From Sphingomonadaceae bacterium (GTDB lineage: Bacteria; Chloroflexota; UBA6077): a stretch of 21,880 bases of DNA. The stretch covers positions 62,001 to 83,880 of the forward strand of contig JBLNDL010000093.1 of the NCBI GenBank assembly GCA_050261575.1, read 5' to 3'. The notes below the pieces were generated by a model that was not told where the DNA came from, ran no database searches, and saw only the letters and a program-made list of their open reading frames with translations. Both the position numbers and the translations under genes were made by a program. Below are positions 9,183-17,435 of the stretch, one piece after another; the first letter of the stretch is position 1; each line of letters begins with the position of its first letter.

Positions 9183-9665
9183 ATGGCACTATCCTTGGCG
9201 GAACGGCGCGAGATGATAGCGAAGCTGCAGGAGCTACCGTCGATGGTCGAGGCAGCGGTGGCTGGCCTCGGGGAGGAGCAGTTGGACGCCCCAGGCGGTG
9301 AGGGGGAGTGGTCGGTGCGCCAGGTGGTGCACCACCTGGCCGACGCCCACATGAACGCTTTCGCCCGGACGAAGCTGGTGATCACGGAGGCGAAGCCGAT
9401 CCTCAAGCCCTACGATCAGGAGAAGTGGGCCGAGCTGCCCGACAGCACTGGGGTCCCGATAGAGCTGTCCCTGTCCATCCTGAGGGGGCTTCACCGACGA
9501 TGGGCAGTGCTGCTGCAGGGGTTGCCGGAAGAGGCGTGGCGGCGGCAGGGGGTGCACCTGCAGAACGGGCTGCAGGCGCTGGAGGACATGCTCGCTATCT
9601 ACGTCCGACATGGGGATGCGCACCTGGAGCAGATCGCCAAGATCCGTCGGGCCAACGGCTGGTGA
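9183..9665 (+). CDS. DinB/YfiT-family metal-dependent thiol transferase/hydrolase
   Basis: WSVRQVVHHLAD, KPYDQEKWA, LHRRW and HGDAHLEQI (His triad). GGAGGGG SD. A -10-like TAGAAT at 9095-9100. Confidence 0.88.
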   Translation: MALSLAERREMIAKLQELPSMVEAAVAGLGEEQLDAPGGEGEWSVRQVVHHLADAHMNAFARTKLVITEAKPILKPYDQEKWAELPDSTGVPIELSLSILRGLHRRWAVLLQGLPEEAWRRQGVHLQNGLQALEDMLAIYVRHGDAHLEQIAKIRRANGW

Positions 9666-9677
9666 GGGGCCCTCGCG

Positions 9678-10247
9678 ATGGAAAGGTGCCCTTGGTGCGG
9701 GAACGACGAACTGTACGTCCGCTACCACGACGAGGAGTGGGGCGTGCCCGTCCACGGCGATAGAAAGCAGTTCGAGTTCCTCGTGTTGGAGGCGGCGCAG
9801 GCGGGTCTGAGCTGGATCACCATCCTGAGGAAGCGGGAGGCATACCGGCAGGCATACGCGGACTTCGCTCCCGAGGTGGTCGCCCGATACGGGGAGCGCG
9901 AGGTGGAAGGGCTGCTGTCGAACGCCGGCATCGTGAGGAACGAGCGGAAGATCCGGGCTTCTATCAATAACGCCCAAAGGTTCCTGGAGGTGCAGCGGGA
10001 ATTCGGCAGCTTCGATCGCTACCTCTGGGGCTTCGTGGACCACAAGCCGATTCGGAACAGGTGGAAGACCCTTGATGAGATCCCGAGCAAGACCCCACTT
10101 TCCGAGGAGATCAGCCAGGATCTGATCCGGCGGGGCTTCAGCTTCGTGGGGCCGACGGTGATCTATTCCCACATCCAGGCTGTGGGGCTGGTGAACGACC
10201 ACCTGGTGGACTGCTTCCGGTATCGGGAGCTGCTGGATAGGGCGTAG
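9678..10247 (+). CDS. tag: DNA-3-methyladenine glycosylase I
   Basis: RCPW...YHDEEWGVP, LEAAQAGLSWITIL, FVGPT and GLVNDHLVDC zinc/active-site motifs. Confidence 0.95.
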   Translation: MERCPWCGNDELYVRYHDEEWGVPVHGDRKQFEFLVLEAAQAGLSWITILRKREAYRQAYADFAPEVVARYGEREVEGLLSNAGIVRNERKIRASINNAQRFLEVQREFGSFDRYLWGFVDHKPIRNRWKTLDEIPSKTPLSEEISQDLIRRGFSFVGPTVIYSHIQAVGLVNDHLVDCFRYRELLDRA

Positions 10248-10472
10248 AGGGGCGCGCGGCGCGACTGGGTATGGCAGGCGCGAGGCTGTGCACGCTCGCG
10301 TCACGTGCGCCCTGCCGCCCGGTATCCGGAAGCGCGGGACCATCACGGAGTCTGGGTTGTGCCAATCCCTACGGTCGATGGCACCAACGCCAGCCCTGCG
10401 GTATTGAGTGGTACGTGCAGGCAGAAGCCTGTGGCTACAGACGTAGGTGGCGGTCGTCCTGCCGCATTTCTC

Positions 10473-10489
10473 CTGGCATTCTGATTGCT
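10473..10489 (+). promoter_or_regulatory. Sigma54 (-24/-12) promoter motif upstream of the GH5 gene
   Basis: CTGGCATTCTGATTGCT: GG-N10-GC with canonical flanks. Upstream inverted repeat GTGCCA-N14-TGGCAC at 10359-10384. Confidence 0.6.
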
Positions 10490-10505
10490 CGCCCTGTCCG
10501 GCGTG

Positions 10506-12257
10506 ATGCACGGACTGGTTGGCCGCCTTTGGCCCTACTCGGTTGCGCTGGTCCTGGCGCTGGGTATCGGCTTCGCGCTGATTCTGTGGCCGGAGATCGA
10601 TCCGACGCGGTTTGCTTCTCCTGACGGGCCGCCAGTAGGAGAGTCCACCCCGGCGGCGGAGTCGTGCGTTCGCGATCCGGCCGACCTCCCCCCGCCACCT
10701 CCCAGCCCCGACGGCCGGCCCCACAACTACCTCCACACCTGCGGCAACCGCATCTACGACGCCCAAGGCCGCGAGGTGAAGATCTCCGGAGTCAGTTGGA
10801 GCGGAATGGAGACGGCTGACCACGTTCCGGGGGGGCTGGGCACCCGGAGGTGGCAGGAGATCCTGGACCAGGTGGCCTACCTCGGCTACAACACCGTTCG
10901 CATCCCCTTCAGCAACGAGGCGTTGGAGCCGAACCGAAGGGTCGCGAACGCCGACCTCACCCTGAATCCCGAGTTGCGTGACAAGACGCCGTTGGAGGCC
11001 CTGGACATCCTGATCGCTGGGGCGCGGGAGCGGGGGCTGAAGGTGATCCTGGACCGCCACTGGCCGTCGCCGTCCGATCGCCCGAACCTGTGGTACAGCC
11101 AGGCGGTCCCCGAGGAGCGCTGGATCGAGGACTGGCGGAGGCTGGCCGCCCGCTACGCCGGAAACGACACGGTGATCGGCGTGGACTTGAGTAACGAGCC
11201 GAGGGGCGAGGCCACCTGGGGCAGCGACGATCCAGCCACCGACTGGCGATTGGCGGCGGAGCGGGCCGGGAGCGCCGTGCTGGAGGAGAACCCTTACCTC
11301 CTGGTGCTGGTGGAGGGTATCGAGCACTACGATGGCGACCGCTCCTGGTGGGGAGGTAACCTCCAGGGGGTGCGATACGCACCCGTCCGCCTCCAGGTGC
11401 CCAACCGGGTGGTGTACAGCCCGCACGACTACGGCCCCAACATCTCCTACCAGAGTTGGTTCGGGGACCCGCTCTTCCCGGGAAACCTGCCCGACGAATG
11501 GGACAGGCGGTGGGGCTACATCCACCGGGAGGGGATCGCTCCGGTGGTGGTGGGGGAGTTCGGCGGGCGCTCCGTCGGGGACGATCGGGAGGGGCAGTGG
11601 CAGAAGGTGCTGCTGGCCTACCTGCGCAAGCACGGCATCGGTGCCATCGTCTGGGCCCTCAACAACGGTTGGGATACCGGCGGGGTACTGGGCCCCGACT
11701 GGCAGACCGTGGACTGGCCCAGGCAGGAGGTCTACCGGCAGATCCTCGCCGCGCCCCTGGACACCGGGGTGACGGGCGTCTTCGGCCGCGCCCCCACCAG
11801 AATCGAGCTGTTGGTCCGCCAGGAGCGGGCCGAGCGCGAGGGCGATGTGGCCTTCACCTTCCGGATAGTGAACGACGGCCCGGACCCGCTGGATCTGAGC
11901 CGCGTGGAGCTGCGCTACTGGCTTCGATCCGGCGTCGGAGATCGTTCGGTGCCGGCCGTGGCGGTCGAGGCGGCGGAGCCCCTCGGCGGTCGAGTGGTGG
12001 CCGAGTTCCGGCCTGCTGACCAAGGAGGGCAGGACCTCTACCTGAGGCTGCGATTCGCGCCGGATGCCGGGGCGCTGGGTCGCTACAGGACGAGCGATCC
12101 CGTGACCGTCCGCGTCTCCACGTCGGTCTGGCCGGGCCACGTGGCGTCCGAGGACTACAGCTTCGCGAGGGACCGAGAGCCCGGGGATGGTTTCGTCGAG
12201 TGGGATCGGGTCACCCTCTACCTGGACGGCCGGCTGGTGTGGGGCCGCGAGCCCTGA
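10506..12257 (+). CDS. Membrane-anchored/secreted GH5 endoglucanase with C-terminal CBM3-like module
   Basis: N-terminal hydrophobic helix and Pro linker. GYNTVRIPFS, ILDRH, DLSNEP (acid/base), YSPHDYGP, VGEFGG (nucleophile). C-terminal FRIVNDG..LDLSRVELRYW...DYSF...VTLYLDGRLVWGREP is typical of CBM3. Confidence 0.9.
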   Translation: MHGLVGRLWPYSVALVLALGIGFALILWPEIDPTRFASPDGPPVGESTPAAESCVRDPADLPPPPPSPDGRPHNYLHTCGNRIYDAQGREVKISGVSWSGMETADHVPGGLGTRRWQEILDQVAYLGYNTVRIPFSNEALEPNRRVANADLTLNPELRDKTPLEALDILIAGARERGLKVILDRHWPSPSDRPNLWYSQAVPEERWIEDWRRLAARYAGNDTVIGVDLSNEPRGEATWGSDDPATDWRLAAERAGSAVLEENPYLLVLVEGIEHYDGDRSWWGGNLQGVRYAPVRLQVPNRVVYSPHDYGPNISYQSWFGDPLFPGNLPDEWDRRWGYIHREGIAPVVVGEFGGRSVGDDREGQWQKVLLAYLRKHGIGAIVWALNNGWDTGGVLGPDWQTVDWPRQEVYRQILAAPLDTGVTGVFGRAPTRIELLVRQERAEREGDVAFTFRIVNDGPDPLDLSRVELRYWLRSGVGDRSVPAVAVEAAEPLGGRVVAEFRPADQGGQDLYLRLRFAPDAGALGRYRTSDPVTVRVSTSVWPGHVASEDYSFARDREPGDGFVEWDRVTLYLDGRLVWGREP

Positions 12258-12289
12258 TCTCGGGTAAGGTTCGCTCGGCCACGGTCCAT

Positions 12290-12311
12290 GCGGGCGAGAC
12301 GCCCGCGCTCC
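12290..12311. repeat. REP-like palindrome GCGGGCG-AGA-CGCCCGC-GCTCC
   Basis: Perfect 7-bp stem with a 3-nt loop and GCTCC foot, between convergent genes. Confidence 0.6.
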
Positions 12312-12444
12312 TGGGGCGGCGGGGCGGCTGTGTGGGGCGCTGCGCCGCAGGCGGGGGCCGTGGCGTGGGTGGTGGCTTCGGTCGTTCGTCCCGTTCCCCT
12401 AGAGGGCTCGAACGATTAGAGCCGTTACCGCAGGACGCCGTGGA

Positions 12445-13275
12445 TCAGAGCAGGTGCGGCAGGTCGTACTGGCGCAGGATCTCCGGCACGAAGACCCTTG
12501 TGGTGGGGGAGATTCGCCGGATCGTCCGCCTGAACTGGGTCAGGTTGATCCGTTGGGTGGGCGGAAGGGCCCAGGCGGGCGGGGCCGCCGCGGTCAGCGG
12601 CGACCCCGACAGGGGCCGGAAGGGGTTATCCCAGTGGGTCGGGATGACCACCTTGGGGCGCACCTCGGCCAGCAGCTCCTGGTAGAAGAGCGGGCGCTTG
12701 CCCGAGTCCACGAGCAGGACGTCGGCGGGGGTGGCGGAATCCGGAGTCGCACCGTGCCAGTCCAGAAGGCGGTGGCCTTCGGCCTCGACCAGGAAGCTGA
12801 ATGCCACGTCCATCTGGGGGTCGCGCGCCTCGGGGAGCGGGTGGAGGGTGAGGGGCAGGGATCCCTTGACGATCGGCCTCTGGAATGCGGAGGCGTGTCG
12901 TGCCCGGAAGACCTGTACCTCGAAACCTCCCAACTCCAGCCGGTCGTCGGCGCGGATCTCCTGGATCCGATCCTCTGGGACCCCAAGGAGGGCCAGGAGG
13001 CGGCAACTGCTCGGCGGGCCGAGAGCAGTGGCGCCGGTGTTCAGCACCACCTCGGAGACGTCGACCAGGTGGTCCCAGTGGAAGTGGCTGACCAGGACGT
13101 AGCTGCAGCGGGGCAGCCTCGCGGCCACCAGTTGGCGGTCTGGGAAGATCCGCCCGAACCACACCTCGCGAAACGGTGGGCGCGAGAAGATGGGATCGAT
13201 GGCCAGCACCTCCTGCTCGGTGCTCAACTCGATCCCCGCTACCCCCAACCATCGAAATCGGACCGATTCCTCCAT
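12445..13275 (-). CDS. Metallo-beta-lactamase fold hydrolase (UlaG-like)
   Basis: FRWLGVAGIEL, IDP, SHFHWDH (HxHxDH), ARH, RPKVVIPTHWD. Confidence 0.88.
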   Translation of the reverse strand: MEESVRFRWLGVAGIELSTEQEVLAIDPIFSRPPFREVWFGRIFPDRQLVAARLPRCSYVLVSHFHWDHLVDVSEVVLNTGATALGPPSSCRLLALLGVPEDRIQEIRADDRLELGGFEVQVFRARHASAFQRPIVKGSLPLTLHPLPEARDPQMDVAFSFLVEAEGHRLLDWHGATPDSATPADVLLVDSGKRPLFYQELLAEVRPKVVIPTHWDNPFRPLSGSPLTAAAPPAWALPPTQRINLTQFRRTIRRISPTTRVFVPEILRQYDLPHLL

Positions 13276-13346
13276 CGTGGTTCCCCCTGTCCTGCGTCTC
13301 TCACCCCGCCAGACAGGCAAGACGGGGACCCGCTTGGTCCTGACTC

Positions 13347-13751
13347 CTACTGCTTGCTCTTCAAGAACGTGCCCAGGGCCTTGTCCGACTTGCCGATGTG
13401 GTTGATCAGCCAGTCCACCACCCGTCGCTGCAGGGCCAGCACCAGCGATGTTGAGGTCCCCTGCGTCTGGTAGCTCTTGGCGAGGTCCTCGAAGTCTTTG
13501 AGGAAGGCGAGATGCTCGGCTTTGTGGGTGGCGATTCCGCCGTAGCCGTGCTGAATCATCGCCTTCTCCTCGGTCCCGAAGTGGGTCACCACGTACTCAC
13601 CGAGGAACTGGACGATCCTGCCGATCTCCTCCTTGCCCTTTCCGTGGCTGGTGGCCTCCAATAGCTGGTTGACCCGCTTGAACAGCTCTTTGTGCTGGTC
13701 GTCGATAAGTGCAACACCCACCGACAGATCCGATGTCCACTGCACTGGCAC
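13347..13751 (-). CDS. Bacteriohemerythrin (single domain, 134 aa, GTG start)
   Basis: WTSDLSVGVALIDDQHKELF, HFGTEE, HKAEH and WLINHIGKSD di-iron ligands. GGGAGGT SD before GTG 13751. Confidence 0.92.
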   Translation of the reverse strand: MPVQWTSDLSVGVALIDDQHKELFKRVNQLLEATSHGKGKEEIGRIVQFLGEYVVTHFGTEEKAMIQHGYGGIATHKAEHLAFLKDFEDLAKSYQTQGTSTSLVLALQRRVVDWLINHIGKSDKALGTFLKSKQ

Positions 13752-13873
13752 GTTGCTACCTCCCGCTCGCGAGTGATCGACCTCCCCCCAGTGCCTCCCG
13801 GGGGTGTACGGTTTCAATGGGGATTCATCGGCAGGAAGAGGAAGGCTCTGAATAGCCGGGGAGCGGGGGATCC

Positions 13874-13904
13874 GGGCGGGCAGGATGCGACCTCCTGCCC
13901 GCCC
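13874..13904 (-). terminator. Strong hairpin downstream of copZ
   Basis: GGGCGGGCAGGA-N7-TCCTGCCCGCCC is a perfect 12-bp stem, with no U-tract. Confidence 0.55.
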
Positions 13905-13927
13905 ATCGCGATCGCTTTGGCGGAGGG

Positions 13928-14137
13928 CTACCCTGCCACCGGGTAGCCCTCGTCGGCCATCGCCTGCTTGATGCGCGCCAACTCCACCTTGGTGGGGTCG
14001 TAGGTCACCCGGACGTCCTTCGTGGAGGGATCGGCCTCGACCGCGGAGACGCCCTCCAGCTTGCCGACGGCGCGCCTGATGGCCGCGACGCAGTGCATGC
14101 AGGAGATATCGGGTGCGTGCAGGGTCTTGGTTTCCAT
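13928..14137 (-). CDS. copZ: Copper chaperone (HMA domain)
   Basis: 69 aa with ISCMHC motif and EGYPV end. AAGGAG SD. Lies downstream of copA. Confidence 0.9.
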   Translation of the reverse strand: METKTLHAPDISCMHCVAAIRRAVGKLEGVSAVEADPSTKDVRVTYDPTKVELARIKQAMADEGYPVAG

Positions 14138-14168
14138 AGCTGTGTCTCCTTATCCTTACTAGACTCAC

Positions 14169-14182
14169 TCAGTCCTCAGTCC
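14169..14182. repeat. Heptamer doublet TCAGTCC TCAGTCC abutting the copA stop
   Basis: Same unit as the arrays inside narG. Confidence 0.5.
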
Positions 14183-16665
14183 TACCACTTGGATGGCTTG
14201 AACCGTCGCAGCCTCAGGGAGTTGCTGACCACCGATACCGAGGAGGTGGCCATCGCCACTCCCGCGAAGATGGGGTTCAGCAGGATGCCGAAGAAGGGGT
14301 AGAACAGACCGGCTGCCAGCGGGATCAGCGCCACGTTGTAGGCGAAGGCCCAGAACAGGTTTTGCTTGATGGTGCGCATGGTCTGCTTGGAGAGCCGGAT
14401 CGCCGTCACCACTCCGCGGATGTCCCCGCCGATCAGGGTGACGTCGCTCGCCTCCATCGCCACGTCGGTGCCGGTCCCGATGGCGATCCCCACGTTGGCC
14501 TGGGCCAGGGCCGGGGCGTCGTTGATCCCGTCGCCCACCATGGCCACCACCTTGCCCTCGGCCTGCAGCTTCTTCACCTCCTCGGCCTTCTGCTCCGGCA
14601 GCACCTCGGCCAGCACCCGGTCGATCCCAAGCTGCCGGGCGATGGCGGCGGCCGTGCGGCGGTTGTCGCCGGTGAGCATCGCCACTTCCACCCCCAGCCG
14701 CTTGAGCTCCGCCACGGCCTCGCGCGAGCCCGATTTCGGCGTGTCGGCCACGGCAATCACGCCAGCGAGGCGTCCGTCCACAGCCACGAACATGGGGGTC
14801 TTTCCCTGGTCGGAGAGGCTCGCGGCTTCCGCAGCCAGGCCGTCCGGCGCGTAACCGCGGTCGGCCATCAGCTTCTGGTTGCCCAGCAGCACCCGCCGGC
14901 CGCCGACGGTGGCCTCGACCCCGTGGCCCGGTATCGCCACGAACTCGTCGGGATAGGCCGGGTCGAGACCCCTGTCCCGAGCGGATGCCACGATAGCCTC
15001 GCCCAGGGGGTGCTCGGAGCCCCTCTCCGCCGAGGCCGCCAGGAGGAGCAGCTCGACCTCGCTGCTACCATCGGCTGGTAGCAGGTCTGTAACCACCGGC
15101 TTGCCCTGGGTAAGGGTGCCGGTTTTGTCCAGGATGATGGCGTCGATCTTGTGGGCCGTCTCCAGCGCCTCGCCGCTGCGGATCAGCACGCCGTTCTCGG
15201 CGCCCTTGCCGGTCCCCACCATGATCGCCGTGGGGGTGGCCAGGCCGAGGGCGCAGGGGCAGGCGATGATCAGCACCGCCACCATGTTCAGCAGCGCGTA
15301 GGTGAAGGCGGGCGTAGGGCCGAACAGCAACCACACCACGAAGGTCGCCAGTGCGGTGACGATCACCGCCGGGACGAAGTAGCTGGAGATGACGTCCGCC
15401 AGCCGCTGGATGGGGGCCTTGGACCCCTGGGCCTCCTCCACCAGCCGGATGATCTGGGCGAGCACCGTATCCTTGCCCACCTTGGTGGCGCGGAATCTGA
15501 AGCTGCCCGTCTTGTTGATGGTCGCCCCGATCACCTCGTCGCCGGGACCCTTCTCCACCGGAATGCTCTCGCCGGTGATCATCGACTCGTCCAGGGCGCT
15601 CCGGCCCTCCAGCAGCACGCCGTCCACCGGCACCTTTTCGCCGGGGCGGACCAGCACCACGTCGCCGATCAGCACCGACTCGACGGGGACGTCCATCTCC
15701 TGGCCGTCTCGGATCACCCGCGCGGTCCTGGCCTGCATCCCCATCAGCTTCTTGATCGCCTCGCCGGTCTGCCCCTTGGCCCGGGCCTCCAGGAACTTCC
15801 CCATCAGGATCAGGCCGATGATGATGGCAGAGGTGTCGAAGTAGAGCTCCGCCATCTGGCCCGTGGCGTGGAAGAGGGTCGGGAAGAGGATGGCCGCCAC
15901 GCTGTAGAAGTAGGCGGCGCTGGTCCCCATGGCGATCAGGGTGTCCATGTTGGCGCTGAGGTGCCTGGCGTTGGCCCAGGCCCCCTTGTAGAAGCGCCAG
16001 CCGGCCCAGAACTGCACCGGAGTGGACAGGGCCCACAGCAGGTATCGGTTGTTCAGGAAGTCGGGCACCCAGGGGAACCACTCGGGAAAGCTTCCCAGGA
16101 AGATCAAGGCCCCCAGCGCCAGGGCGAAGATCGTCTTGTTGCGCAGTTGGGTGATCTCCCGTCGGGTGGCGACGGCCTGCGCGTCCTCCCCGCGGACGGG
16201 CGCCTCTGCCTTCTCCTCCACGAGCCCGTAGCCCGCCTCCTCGATTGCGCGTCGGAAGTCGGCCATGCTCGCAATCTCGGGCTGGAAGGTTACGGTGGCC
16301 TTCTCCGTGGCCAGGTTGACGTTGGCGGACTCCACGCCGGGCAGGGACCGCAGCGCTCGCTCGACCCGGGCCGAGCAGGAGGCGCAGGTCATCCCGGTGA
16401 CGCCGAAACTGGCCTTCTCGGGTTGCTTCTCCCTGACCCCGTAGCCCAGATCCTGGACCAACTGCACTATCTTCGCCTCGTCGATCGCGGCAGGGTCGTA
16501 CTCCACGGTGGCCTTCTCCGTCGCCAGGTTGACGTTGGCGTGGAGGACGCCGGGGAGCTTCGCCAGGTTCTTCTCTATCCGTCCCGAGCAGGAGGCGCAG
16601 GTCATCCCGGTTATCTCCAGGGTCGTCCTGCTGCTCTGCTCGGACTCGTTCTTCACAATTGCCAT
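14182..16665 (-). CDS. copA: Cu(I)-translocating P1B-1 ATPase with two N-terminal HMA domains
   Basis: GMTCASC twice, [24 protein letters not shown] and MATSS motifs. Confidence 0.97.
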   Translation of the reverse strand: MAIVKNESEQSSRTTLEITGMTCASCSGRIEKNLAKLPGVLHANVNLATEKATVEYDPAAIDEAKIVQLVQDLGYGVREKQPEKASFGVTGMTCASCSARVERALRSLPGVESANVNLATEKATVTFQPEIASMADFRRAIEEAGYGLVEEKAEAPVRGEDAQAVATRREITQLRNKTIFALALGALIFLGSFPEWFPWVPDFLNNRYLLWALSTPVQFWAGWRFYKGAWANARHLSANMDTLIAMGTSAAYFYSVAAILFPTLFHATGQMAELYFDTSAIIIGLILMGKFLEARAKGQTGEAIKKLMGMQARTARVIRDGQEMDVPVESVLIGDVVLVRPGEKVPVDGVLLEGRSALDESMITGESIPVEKGPGDEVIGATINKTGSFRFRATKVGKDTVLAQIIRLVEEAQGSKAPIQRLADVISSYFVPAVIVTALATFVVWLLFGPTPAFTYALLNMVAVLIIACPCALGLATPTAIMVGTGKGAENGVLIRSGEALETAHKIDAIILDKTGTLTQGKPVVTDLLPADGSSEVELLLLAASAERGSEHPLGEAIVASARDRGLDPAYPDEFVAIPGHGVEATVGGRRVLLGNQKLMADRGYAPDGLAAEAASLSDQGKTPMFVAVDGRLAGVIAVADTPKSGSREAVAELKRLGVEVAMLTGDNRRTAAAIARQLGIDRVLAEVLPEQKAEEVKKLQAEGKVVAMVGDGINDAPALAQANVGIAIGTGTDVAMEASDVTLIGGDIRGVVTAIRLSKQTMRTIKQNLFWAFAYNVALIPLAAGLFYPFFGILLNPIFAGVAMATSSVSVVSNSLRLRRFKPSKW

Positions 16666-16683
16666 TTCGGCCTTTCCCCTCTT

Positions 16684-16819
16684 AGCTATCAGCCATCAGC
16701 CGTCAGCTATCAGCTTCTCGTCCCGCCGGGAGTGGATCTGCGGATGCCGCAGCCTCGTCCTCGCCCTAGCGGCGTGCCCGCCGGATGCGCCGCAGGCTGA
16801 CGGCTGATGGCTGATAGCT
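16684..16819. repeat. Inverted heptamer arrays forming a perfect 24-bp inverted repeat between csoR and copA
   Basis: AGCTATCAGCCATCAGCCGTCAGC (16684-16707) is the exact reverse complement of 16796-16819. Confidence 0.9.
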
Positions 16820-16828
16820 GACCGCTCG

Positions 16829-17188
16829 TTAGTCGCAGCACTTGGCGCCGCCGTTCTCCGTGCCGGCCAGCGCTTCCAGCTTCGGGGCCTGGAGGTGACG
16901 GCCCCGCTGTGAGGCGGGTCCGCCCTGGAACAGGCTCAGCAGCTCCCGCAGGACCCGCTCCCGCTCCCCGGGGTCGTCGCCCCTGATGGCGGTGGTGACG
17001 CAGCTCTCCAGGTGGTTCTCTAGGATCATCACGTCGATCTTCTCCAGCGCCTTATGGATGGCGCTGGTTTGAGTCAGGATGTCGATGCAGTACTGCTCCT
17101 CTTCGACCATCCGCTGGATACCTCGGATGTGGCCCTCGACGCTCTTGAGCCGGTTGAGGAGATCTTGCTTCAGTTTGGGGTCTCTCAC
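16829..17188 (-). CDS. csoR: CsoR family copper-sensing repressor
   Basis: NRLKSVEGHIRGIQRMVEE..YCIDIL...HLESC (Cys-His-Cys fingerprint). AGGGAGG SD. Heads copA-copZ. Confidence 0.92.
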   Translation of the reverse strand: MRDPKLKQDLLNRLKSVEGHIRGIQRMVEEEQYCIDILTQTSAIHKALEKIDVMILENHLESCVTTAIRGDDPGERERVLRELLSLFQGGPASQRGRHLQAPKLEALAGTENGGAKCCD

Positions 17189-17212
17189 GGTAGCCTCCCT
17201 GCCCTTCAGGAC

Positions 17213-17238
17213 ATCCCCTCCCCCTGGGGGGTGGGGGT
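17213..17238. promoter_or_regulatory. CsoR-type operator (C-tract/G-tract pseudo-palindrome)
   Basis: ATCCCCTCCCCCTGGGGGGTGGGGGT lies just downstream of the predicted start site. CsoR/RcnR operators are known to be C/G-tract palindromes. Confidence 0.7.
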
Positions 17239-17247
17239 CACGAGCAA

Positions 17248-17276
17248 AGGATAGTCCCTCCGCCTCGGGATGTCAA
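17248..17276 (-). promoter_or_regulatory. Sigma70 promoter of csoR-copA-copZ
   Basis: Minus strand TTGACA (17276-17271)-N17-TATCCT (17253-17248). Confidence 0.8.
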
Positions 17277-17395
17277 GGAACTGGGCCCGACTCTAAGCCT
17301 ATCCTAAGGTGGCGGGCAACCCTGCGCTCCGCTCGAAGGCGTCTCTCTGAGGTGGCTGGAGCGTGCGCGAACAGGCCAGCACTACTCGAGACTGA

Positions 17396-17424
17396 AGAGG
17401 GGCGGACCCGACGGCCGCCCCTCT
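17396..17424 (-). terminator. Probable terminator hairpin after the surface-protein genes
   Basis: AGAGGGGCGG-N9-CCGCCCCTCT is a 10-bp stem 12 nt after the stop, with a weak U-tail. Confidence 0.55.
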
Positions 17425-17435
17425 CCCATCCCTCC

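Noticed and set aside
9234..12140. 968-aa antisense ORF and other long shadow ORFs (e.g. 1531-3264, 15151-16800, 18818-20308)
   Set aside because: They lie opposite well-supported genes and have no motifs. Such ORFs are expected from high GC3 codon bias.
13347..14168. 273-aa ORF suggesting an N-terminally extended hemerythrin
   Set aside because: The extension overlaps copZ out of frame and crosses a hairpin. A strong SD supports GTG 13751.
16684..16826. CRISPR array or IS ends
   Set aside because: The units are 7 bp with no spacers, and no transposase or clear target-site duplication is seen.
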